From an uncultured Flavobacterium sp. (GTDB taxonomy: Bacteria > Bacteroidota > Bacteroidia > Flavobacteriales > Flavobacteriaceae): a stretch of 64,000 nucleotides of DNA. This document shows positions 39,370-46,599 of the stretch, piece after piece. The notes below the pieces were generated by a model, which had not been told where the DNA came from, ran no database searches, and worked only from the letters and a program-made list of their open reading frames with translations. Within the stretch, counting starts at the first letter, position 1; each line of letters opens with the position of its first letter. The stretch is from positions 92,346-156,345 of the forward strand of contig CAYPCZ010000001.1 of the NCBI GenBank assembly GCA_964409345.1, read 5' to 3'. Made by a program: the position numbers and the translations under genes.

Positions 39370-40290
39370 TCAGTAATTTTTCCAGATTTGAAATTTTTCT
39401 ATTCTATTTCCGACCTGACGTTTAGTTATGAAAAAATCAATAGAACTTTCAAGAGTAATTTTGTTGAATTTTAATTCTTTTAAAGAATCCAAAATTACTT
39501 GAGGAGTTGACTCAGTAGTTAGCAATAACACCTTTACTTTATTCTTGTTTAAGCTATATATATCATGGGTTATTCTGTCTGTAAATTGAAATGCTTTGTA
39601 ATACCACCTTAGAATGGATATATTTTTTATATCAGTGGTGCATGTTAAATCATAAAAAACAAAATCTCCTTTATAGAATCCTAATATATTTTCTGAAACC
39701 TTAACGCAGTTAATTTTAGTTAAAATTTTATAAAATAAAAATAAGTTATTTTCATCTATTAGATTAAGATTCTTATTTGGATTCGATTTAAGGGGTTTTG
39801 TTTTTTTATTAGTAGGAACACTAATATGCAACATTGTAGGGCGGTGCCAACAAAATGTAATCGTTTTAGAATGGGATATTTGGGATATAGCAATAAACCA
39901 TGAAACGAAATATTCCGGATCATTCTTTAATAGTTTAAAAAGCTTATCTTCACTATTTCTGTTAGCATAAGGTTTATAGTGATTAAGAATTGCTTTTATA
40001 TTATCTTTTAACGTTTCAAAATTTGTAGTTTTTATTTTTTTAAACGTTGTGTATATTTCTGGAGAAAAATCTGATATTGTTATCGAATTTTCTATAAAGT
40101 TTTTGTGTTTTATAAAATTTAATAAAAACCACAAATTACCAGATGTAGGTAAATAAACATGCTTAAAGTACTTTGGGAGATGTTGTTTTAACATCTCCCA
40201 AAGTAAGTCTTCTCTATTTAATTCTGGATGATTAAATATAGGTTTTATATTAAGATGAGTATATCTAGCATAATTCATATTAATTTTCAA
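39370..40290 (-). CDS. hypothetical protein (possible degenerate Dam-like fold)
   Basis: 306 aa; YLPTSGNLWFL occupies the place of the Dam EPFxGxG motif and FVFYDLTC the place of DPPY; catalytic motifs not intact. Confidence 0.45.
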   Translation of the reverse strand: MKINMNYARYTHLNIKPIFNHPELNREDLLWEMLKQHLPKYFKHVYLPTSGNLWFLLNFIKHKNFIENSITISDFSPEIYTTFKKIKTTNFETLKDNIKAILNHYKPYANRNSEDKLFKLLKNDPEYFVSWFIAISQISHSKTITFCWHRPTMLHISVPTNKKTKPLKSNPNKNLNLIDENNLFLFYKILTKINCVKVSENILGFYKGDFVFYDLTCTTDIKNISILRWYYKAFQFTDRITHDIYSLNKNKVKVLLLTTESTPQVILDSLKELKFNKITLESSIDFFITKRQVGNRIEKFQIWKNY

Positions 40291-41116
40291 TATAAATTTG
40301 TGGCATTTGAATAATAGAACTTATTGAATTATATGTTCTTTCTTTGATGTAAACACCATCACCTTCTCTGGCTCCGCCGGAATTGGTATTTCCTTCTATT
40401 GTGGTGAATGTTTTTTTACTTGTGTTATTTTTGATTATAACTCCAGTATGACCGCTAGCACCTGAAAAAGTCATAACAAAAAAAGATGATGGAATTGCTA
40501 ATCTATGACTTGTTATTAAGTAACCTTTGCTTCTTGCCCAATTTCTATAACCTTGTACATGACCACTTTTTTGAAGTACTAAACTTCTAGGTCTTTCCCA
40601 AACAACTTTTATACCCAATTCTTGTGCAGCTTTCATATAACACCACATAACAAAAGCCATACACCAAGGAGCTTTACTATTTTTAAGGCCAACGGTATCT
40701 AAGTATTCATTTACTCTTTTTCCACTATTATTTCCAACTTCTTTTACACCAACTTCACCTTGTGCAAATTTAATAATAGATTTTCCTAAAGGAGAGAGTT
40801 TGGTAGTGCTAGCATTAGAATTTGTAATAGGCGAGGAGTAAATACCATTTGGTTTATCTGGAGTAAGCAAGGTAGATGGACTTACTTTTTCATAAGCAAA
40901 TAGTAAATCCCAAGTATCTTGGTCTACAATGCCATTGACAGAGAGTAAATCACCGTCTAGTGCATAAGTGGCATTTATCTGAAATTCCCACACCTTGCTT
41001 TTTGTTTCAGCACCATAATCATTATCAATTTTGCACACAAATCCCAATTGACTTAATCTGGTTTGTAGCTTTCCAACTTTTTTATTTTTATCACCTACTT
41101 GAAGAACGATAGACAT
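40280..41116 (-). CDS. endolysin: peptidoglycan-binding domain + CHAP amidase/peptidase
   Basis: PG_binding_1-like VGKLQTRLSQLGF...DYGAETKSKVWEFQ; CHAP catalytic Cys APWCMAFVMWCY and His GHTGVII. Confidence 0.75.
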   Translation of the reverse strand: MSIVLQVGDKNKKVGKLQTRLSQLGFVCKIDNDYGAETKSKVWEFQINATYALDGDLLSVNGIVDQDTWDLLFAYEKVSPSTLLTPDKPNGIYSSPITNSNASTTKLSPLGKSIIKFAQGEVGVKEVGNNSGKRVNEYLDTVGLKNSKAPWCMAFVMWCYMKAAQELGIKVVWERPRSLVLQKSGHVQGYRNWARSKGYLITSHRLAIPSSFFVMTFSGASGHTGVIIKNNTSKKTFTTIEGNTNSGGAREGDGVYIKERTYNSISSIIQMPQIYIEN

Positions 41117-41132
41117 TAGACCTATTGCCTTT

Positions 41133-41444
41133 CTAAAATTTATTTAAATGGAGTTTGTTTAAGTTGTTGTAAAATTCGTCAGAAAATTCTGTTAAATTTT
41201 TATCATCAACTCTTATAGTTTCATCTTTATATTTTATAAATCTAGGCATCATAATTTTAAATGTACTATCATCAATTATTATCTTTGATACTTCTGTATT
41301 TTCTCTAGTGTAACATTCTTTATCCAATTTAAAGAATTTATTAAAAGTTATTAATAGCGCATCTTTTAATAGATTTTCAATATCATCTATTGATAATCTA
41401 TCGTCAAGAATTATATTATCAATTACATCTTGTTTATTTGACAT
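41133..41444 (-). CDS. hypothetical protein
   Basis: 103-aa ORF. Confidence 0.5.
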   Translation of the reverse strand: MSNKQDVIDNIILDDRLSIDDIENLLKDALLITFNKFFKLDKECYTRENTEVSKIIIDDSTFKIMMPRFIKYKDETIRVDDKNLTEFSDEFYNNLNKLHLNKF

Positions 41445-41640
41445 TGTTATCTTTCATTGAATCTTTAATTATTTTTTCAATAATACTTATTTTATTATTT
41501 TCACATTCTTGACGAACTTTATCAACACAGCTTGCACATCTTAGTAGCCATTTTCCATTATGTCTATGGAAGTAACCTTTTCCTTTTAATGTCCACTGTT
41601 TACAGTGAATACAATGATCTGGATATTTATTATTTGCCAT
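41434..41640 (-). CDS. small zinc-ribbon protein
   Basis: Start trimmed to MANNKYPDHCIHC... because the longer track ORF runs through tRNA-Gln; CxxC ... CxxC. Confidence 0.45.
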   Translation of the reverse strand: MANNKYPDHCIHCKQWTLKGKGYFHRHNGKWLLRCASCVDKVRQECENNKISIIEKIIKDSMKDNNVK

Positions 41641-41662
41641 ATTAATTAAATTAAGAAAAAAA

Positions 41663-41738
41663 TGGTTGCCGAGGTAGGACTCGAACCTACGAATGCGAGA
41701 GTCAAAGTCTCGTGCCTTGCCAACTTGGCTACTCGGCA
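41663..41738 (-). tRNA. tRNA-Gln (anticodon UUG), CCA encoded
   Basis: Hand-folded cloverleaf: acceptor TGCCGAG/CTCGGCA, anticodon arm CGAGA-CTTTGAC-TCTCG, T arm GTAGG-TTCGAGT-CCTAC. Confidence 0.9.
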
Positions 41739-41816
41739 ATAAAAAATACCGTGGCTGATAATAGCCCGGACAAACTATTATCATTTAAGAAGTTTAAACT
41801 TCACACACGGTGTGTT

Positions 41817-41891
41817 TGGCTGTCTAGGTAGGACTCGAACCTACAACCACTCGATTAACAGTCGAGAGCTCTGCCATTGAGCTACTAGACA
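41817..41891 (-). tRNA. tRNA-Asn (anticodon GUU), CCA encoded
   Basis: Acceptor TGTCTAG/CTAGACA, D arm GCTC-AATGGCA-GAGC, anticodon arm CTCGA-CTGTTAA-TCGAG, T arm GTAGG-TTCGAGT-CCTAC. Confidence 0.9.
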
Positions 41892-41895
41892 ATTT

Positions 41896-42276
41896 TTAAT
41901 ATTGAATCGGTTGAGGGATATTGACCGAAGCACCTAAAGAAATTAGAGGGTCAACATCTCTATATTCTGTAGGTGTAACTACAGGAACAGTAACAGTGTT
42001 TACTGGTTGCATTGCAATTTGGTTTCGAGGATCATTTTCATCTCCAACCATAGGTGGAGGACAAAATGGAACACCTAAACTTCTTACTGTATTTCTTGTG
42101 CCACAGGAGTTTCCATTTCTGTCAAAGTTTTCACCAGGTGCAGCTCCTGGATTTCTTAGACCGATGGTGGTTTGTCCCACAGATGGAACACAGCTTTTAA
42201 CTACTCGCTCGGCACAACCAGATAATGTAAAGCCAAAACAGCTAGCTACTATAACAACACAAACAAACTTCTTCAT
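41896..42276 (-). CDS. lipoprotein (Pro/Gly-rich mature part)
   Basis: Signal peptide plus lipobox MKKFVCVVIVASCFGFTLSGC; AGGAG RBS; GC content clearly above neighbours. Confidence 0.6.
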   Translation of the reverse strand: MKKFVCVVIVASCFGFTLSGCAERVVKSCVPSVGQTTIGLRNPGAAPGENFDRNGNSCGTRNTVRSLGVPFCPPPMVGDENDPRNQIAMQPVNTVTVPVVTPTEYRDVDPLISLGASVNIPQPIQY

Positions 42277-42287
42277 CTTAACATCTC

Positions 42288-42551
42288 CTATTTGATCTTT
42301 TTTACATCTTCTTCGGTATATTCACCATTAAGAAGAATTATTTTATGATATTCTAAAATTCTTTTAACTTCATTTGTTTTTTCAGAATCTGTATCTTCTT
42401 CCCAACAAATGATAAATCTGTTATGTTTATCAAAGCATGTTAATTTAATATTGTCAGTTTCTATCTTTACTTTAACGGGAGTCATATCATATCCAACATT
42501 GATACGTCTGATAAAATCTTCAAGTTCTATTAATGTAACTGTATTACTCAT
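42288..42551 (-). CDS. hypothetical protein
   Basis: 87-aa ORF. Confidence 0.45.
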   Translation of the reverse strand: MSNTVTLIELEDFIRRINVGYDMTPVKVKIETDNIKLTCFDKHNRFIICWEEDTDSEKTNEVKRILEYHKIILLNGEYTEEDVKKIK

Positions 42552-42652
42552 TTTTTGTGACTCCTTTTATTAAAGGTCTTTAACACATTGTTTTGTATTG
42601 TTTTATTGTATATAAATTGAATTAAAAATTCAATTTTAAAAAGAGTTTATAA

Positions 42653-42922
42653 TTACTTGTTGTTTTCTCTTATCTCATTTAACATATCTAGTTTTTCTTT
42701 CTCTAACTTATTTAAATCAATATTAAAATATTCTGAGATTAAACAATTTATTGATTTGCTGAAAATAATTTCTTTTTCATCTTGAAGCCACTCTAAAAAT
42801 CTTCCAATTTCATTAGATGTTTCAGATATATCTTTGAGCTTTTTGTGTTCTGGATATTTTGTATCCTCTGAGTTTTCTATTCTTTCCATGTTCTTTATAG
42901 CTTCTTTTATAGTATCACTCAT
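42653..42922 (-). CDS. hypothetical protein
   Basis: 89-aa ORF; AGGA upstream. Confidence 0.45.
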   Translation of the reverse strand: MSDTIKEAIKNMERIENSEDTKYPEHKKLKDISETSNEIGRFLEWLQDEKEIIFSKSINCLISEYFNIDLNKLEKEKLDMLNEIRENNK

Positions 42923-42957
42923 TTTGATTATCCTCTAGATTAGATGTTTATGAGTAC

Positions 42958-43359
42958 TCAACAATTTTCTGTATTGCCGCTGTTCAAGTAATCTTTCCAA
43001 TAAACCCAACCTTGTGGTGTATGGAATCCCCATGAACGTATTCTAGGACCAGTAACAACTAAAGACCAAGATGGTTTTGTACCCAATATAACTCTGTGTT
43101 TATGCGTAGCTTCTCTGTAATGAATGGTGAATGGTTTTCTCCAGACTTGTGACTTGTCTGGCATTTCTTCCCAATATCCACCTTTAAGAATGAATGTAAT
43201 AAAATCCCAAGGGTGATCGTGTTGATCTTCATCTTCATCACTGCGCAAAAATTTATGCAGTTTAATAGAAAACCAACGAGTTTCTATTTGCCAGCGTTTT
43301 AGGTACGTTCCTGTTCCGCACTTGCCTTTAATATTAAAGTATTTAAAAATCTTAAACAT
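42958..43359 (-). CDS. hypothetical protein (HDHPW motif)
   Basis: 133 aa; DQHDHPWDFITFILKGGYWEE, His-rich cupin-like pattern; family not recognised. Confidence 0.5.
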   Translation of the reverse strand: MFKIFKYFNIKGKCGTGTYLKRWQIETRWFSIKLHKFLRSDEDEDQHDHPWDFITFILKGGYWEEMPDKSQVWRKPFTIHYREATHKHRVILGTKPSWSLVVTGPRIRSWGFHTPQGWVYWKDYLNSGNTENC

Positions 43360-43493
43360 TAGCTATCCTCTATTGGTTCTATAATGATTTTATAAAGTCT
43401 ACCATCAACATGTAACAGTTCCATTTTCTTTTTTATCTGGTAAAGATCGAATAAATGTCTTTATCATTTCAAATGGATCAGATTTCATTTTAG

Positions 43494-43661
43494 TTATGTT
43501 ATTAATATGATATAAAAAAGTATAATAAAAAGTATTATACATAGAATTATAACAATTGTTTCTATCATAAGTTTATTATTACAGTATTTACAAAGAAAAT
43601 CATCTTCATTTTTCTGAATAAAATTTTCATAACATCTAAGGCATTTTGTTGTTTTCTTCAT
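43494..43661 (-). CDS. small zinc-ribbon membrane protein (55 aa, below track cutoff)
   Basis: Hand translation MKKTTKCLRCYENFIQKNEDDFLCKYCNNKLMIETIVIILCIILFIILFYIILIT; GAGGGG RBS 6 nt upstream; CxxC..CxxC plus one TM segment. Confidence 0.4.
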   Translation of the reverse strand: MKKTTKCLRCYENFIQKNEDDFLCKYCNNKLMIETIVIILCIILFIILFYIILIT

Positions 43662-43669
43662 CTTGCCCC

Positions 43670-44278
43670 TCAGTCAAAATATGTTGGCTTATTATAATCT
43701 ACAACGTCAGCAAATCTTTCATAATCATCATAAAAAATTCCAGCCAAGTTTTCTCCTGTAGAATTTCCGGGATAATTAGGAGGTATCATTATCTGTGTGT
43801 TTATACCAAAAGCCTTGGCAAATTTATCTGACCATTCTTTACCGTGTAATTCTTCTATATCACTTTTAAATACAAATTCAACACCTGCATACCTTCTTCT
43901 TGGCAATCTTGAATGCTTTTTGGTCTTGATTTTCTTTTTTGAAACCTTATTCTTTTTGTTCAAGGTTGAATCTATTGGTGTACAATATTTCTTATGTCTA
44001 CCAACGAGAATTATATCAGATTTTCCTATTGAACACAATGCCCTTGGTGCATCTCTATCAAGAAGCCATACATGCATATATTCATTTTCTTTCATATCAA
44101 TAGGTGCTTTTAATGTAAACCATTCTTTGGTTGTTAAAAGTTCATGAACCATTTCAAGATTTTCATTTTTTCTTTTTAATACTTCTATATCAGTTTGTTG
44201 GTTATTTATTAATTTTTGAGCCCAAAGTGGTAATTTTTTAACTCTATCAGAACTTAGATTTTTCATAATTATCTCCAA
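43670..44278 (-). CDS. hypothetical protein
   Basis: 202-aa ORF; GGAG upstream. Confidence 0.5.
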   Translation of the reverse strand: MEIIMKNLSSDRVKKLPLWAQKLINNQQTDIEVLKRKNENLEMVHELLTTKEWFTLKAPIDMKENEYMHVWLLDRDAPRALCSIGKSDIILVGRHKKYCTPIDSTLNKKNKVSKKKIKTKKHSRLPRRRYAGVEFVFKSDIEELHGKEWSDKFAKAFGINTQIMIPPNYPGNSTGENLAGIFYDDYERFADVVDYNKPTYFD

Positions 44279-44298
44279 CTAATTTTTTGTATATAATA

Positions 44299-44613
44299 TT
44301 ATAAAGCTGGAATTTTAACATCTTCATATTCTTTAACTTGTGATTTATAAGATTCTATAATTGCATTTTTATCTATTTTGTAGACTTGTGCTTCTTCTGA
44401 AGATATGTTATTTAACATCTTGTGTAATGCAACTTTTCTTCCAACTGATTTGATAAACAAATCTCTACTATCACATACAGCTTTTCCAGTTGAGATTATT
44501 TTTTCTTTTGAATTTTTAAGAGGACTTAAATTGCACATTACAACCCTAAGACCTTTTTCTTTTTTATAAAAAAAACGCAATACAAATAAAGCTTGTGGTG
44601 TATGTAAAATCAT
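44299..44613 (-). CDS. hypothetical protein
   Basis: 104-aa ORF. Confidence 0.45.
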   Translation of the reverse strand: MILHTPQALFVLRFFYKKEKGLRVVMCNLSPLKNSKEKIISTGKAVCDSRDLFIKSVGRKVALHKMLNNISSEEAQVYKIDKNAIIESYKSQVKEYEDVKIPAL

Positions 44614-44689
44614 TTAGTTAAAATCCTTTTTAAATTTAAAGATATATATTAATAATATTAAATCTTATTTAAACAGTATTTATATTAAG

Positions 44690-45043
44690 TTATTTAACAT
44701 TATTTAAATCTTCTGCTATACCGCCATATAAATCTTCACTAAAGAGCATTCCTTCTTCTTTTGAAGAATCTCCAAATATAATTTGATTAGCTTTTTTTGC
44801 TATTTGATAGCCTTTTTTACGATTAACAAAGTTATCATCACTTGTGATAAAACCTTGAATTATACTATCTTTTTTATATGAAGAAATATCTCCATTATGT
44901 AAAATATAAGCTATAGCAAAGCAGTTATGATGTCTGCGTCCACATATAACTAAACCATTTTTTATATTTTTAGGTTGATGAGAATATTCTTTATTATTTT
45001 TAAGATGAATAGCAGCACAAAGAATATATGGAGTTTTATTCAT
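44690..45043 (-). CDS. hypothetical protein
   Basis: 117-aa ORF; AGGAAA upstream. Confidence 0.5.
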   Translation of the reverse strand: MNKTPYILCAAIHLKNNKEYSHQPKNIKNGLVICGRRHHNCFAIAYILHNGDISSYKKDSIIQGFITSDDNFVNRKKGYQIAKKANQIIFGDSSKEEGMLFSEDLYGGIAEDLNNVK

Positions 45044-45060
45044 TATTTATTTCCTTAAAA

Positions 45061-45099
45061 TAAAAAATGCCAGTCACGGAAAGATCATTTCCCACTGGC
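45061..45099 (-). terminator. rho-independent terminator closing the ncRNA locus
   Basis: Minus strand reads GCCAGTGGGAAATGATCTTTCCGTGACTGGC followed by ATTTTTTATTTT. Confidence 0.65.
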
Positions 45100-45458
45100 T
45101 CTTAATCCTCAGATTAAGTAAATAAATTTTGGAGAATCAGGTTAGTGATACCTGATTCTCCAAGGAAGAAACTGTTTGCTTTGACGAGCTTGGGCACTAC
45201 CCCAAGCCGGCTCGCCGCACATGAATCTTCCAAACATTTTGAGCAGGGCTGGATTATATTTTACCAGCTTACAGCGATTTAACTGTTTCCCTCTACTGGC
45301 CATTTCGCCAACGGATGATCAACTCCGCAGCACGCACCAATATTGTAAACAGCCGTGTCCTTGGTTTACATAACCTTTGTCTCGAGCCGCCAGTTATATA
45401 GCTGTCGTAACCATTGAATAACAGATGTGTCTTAACCACATCGCCTGCTCAAACTAAT
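45100..45458 (-). ncRNA. unassigned structured RNA immediately 3' of tmRNA
   Basis: ORF-free on both strands and GC well above the window background. Long-range helix 45443-45453 / 45238-45249 encloses several local hairpins. A perfect 12-bp hairpin lies at 45131-45161. Confidence 0.35.
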
Positions 45459-45860
45459 TGGTGGAGGCGGCGGGAGTCGAACCCGCGTCCAAAACGGTGT
45501 ATCTAATATTTTCGTTACAAGTTTTTTCTATTTTTGTGATTCGTGCTATTCTTACCAAAATAGACAAAATCTAAAAAGCACTAGACTCATTTATTTTTCG
45601 TTCTAGCAGTCAGCCGTTTATAACCTGTTAGACTTATTCTGTAGTTTATTATACTTTGATATTACCACAGACATCTTGTATCAAAGCAGTCATTGCTTCT
45701 TAGGCAGCGACGAGTTCACTACGAACTGCTGGAGCAGTTGCAGGGAACATATCAATTACGTTGGCAATTGAGAGTTTGCATACAACTTTAACGAGCATAG
45801 CATACTTTCTCGACTTGCAAATATTAAATCTCACTATCCTGTCGAAACCCTTACGCCCCC
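45459..45860 (-). ncRNA. ssrA: tmRNA (SsrA), one-piece, CCA encoded
   Basis: 5' GGGGGCGTAAGGGTTTCGACAGGAT and 3' GGACGCGGGTTCGACTCCCGCCGCCTCCACCA. Acceptor stem has G3:U70. Internal tag frame is GCC...GCT GCC TAA. Confidence 0.9.
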
Positions 45861-46151
45861 AAATTTTCAAAGAACAAATAAAACAAACAATCTAAGGTTG
45901 GACATTACTTCCAACGATACTGAAGTTTTCCTCTAACGGGGTTGCTCACACCTAGTCTTCAGTTCCAGCAACTCTAATGTGTCTATGATTTCCACATCGC
46001 TTAAATTGTTTGGAAAAGTCTTTATAGTGCCATTTAATCAAGGAGGGTTTGTTTTATATTAAATGAGGTAATAGTAACAAACGAACCATAAAGACTTTTT
46101 TGATTTAACAATAAGCAGCTCCGCGACAGTGTTGCTTATTGTTGGAAGTGA

Positions 46152-46568
46152 CTAATTAACTATTTGACCAGCTACAACTCCAACTGTGCCAATTCTAAAT
46201 ACTCTTACACCTGGTTCAGGGTCTGTGTCTAAATCATATACAAAATAACTATGCGCTGTTTTGCCATTTGCATCAACAGTTGAATGAACTTCGTTTATAG
46301 GATAAGTCATTTGGTTTCTAGCTAATGATTGATTGACTATACTTTCTAATCCAGTAGCATTAGAAGCTGTATCAGGAACAGAGAATGGTTCAGATGCTGG
46401 AATAGGATTTGGTGATCCTTGCTGTGTCTGAATTCTACTATGACTGCGAGTTAAAAAAGATATATTTGTATTATGTGTTACTGCTCCTTGAGCAGTTGTA
46501 TGACTGACTGTATTATATTGACAGCCTGATAGTGCAACACAGATATAACAAAAAAGAATTTTATTCAT
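46152..46568 (-). CDS. lipoprotein
   Basis: Start trimmed to MNKILFCYICVALSGC (lipobox LSGC) with GGAG RBS 8 nt upstream. Confidence 0.6.
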   Translation of the reverse strand: MNKILFCYICVALSGCQYNTVSHTTAQGAVTHNTNISFLTRSHSRIQTQQGSPNPIPASEPFSVPDTASNATGLESIVNQSLARNQMTYPINEVHSTVDANGKTAHSYFVYDLDTDPEPGVRVFRIGTVGVVAGQIVN

Positions 46569-46599
46569 ATAAATACTCCAAGGTTGCATTTATTTTAAA

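Noticed and set aside
41434-41784. 116-aa track ORF extending upstream through 41663-41738
   Set aside because: Its N-terminal 48 codons run straight through tRNA-Gln. An internal ATG at 41640 gives a compact zinc-ribbon protein, so I kept only 41434..41640.
41921-42295. 124-aa plus-strand ORF
   Set aside because: It is an antisense shadow of the GC-rich lipoprotein gene. It has no RBS and no signal, and it lies in a block where all neighbours are on the minus strand.
45100-45458. Hypothesis that the RNA downstream of the tmRNA is RNase P RNA (right size, GCGAGCCGGCTTGGGG vaguely like the P4 3' strand)
   Set aside because: No GAGGAAAGUCC-type CR-I element anywhere in 45061-46150, and no partner for a P4 helix. 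SRP/4.5S and 6S architectures do not fit either. The region is left unassigned.
45756-45779. Alternative tmRNA tag frame GCA AAC TCT CAA TTG CCA ACG TAA (ANSQLPT)
   Set aside because: It ends in a polar Thr rather than the hydrophobic AA-type terminus. The frame starting at GCC (45765) ends in LVAA and is more typical. Only a covariance-model or experimental check can settle this.
45061-46150. Idea that the tmRNA marks a prophage-host junction (ssrA as integration site)
   Set aside because: Both flanks continue with the same AT-rich, phage-like small-ORF array on the same strand. No integrase or att-like duplication of the tmRNA 3' end is present. The tmRNA is intact and has its own terminator.
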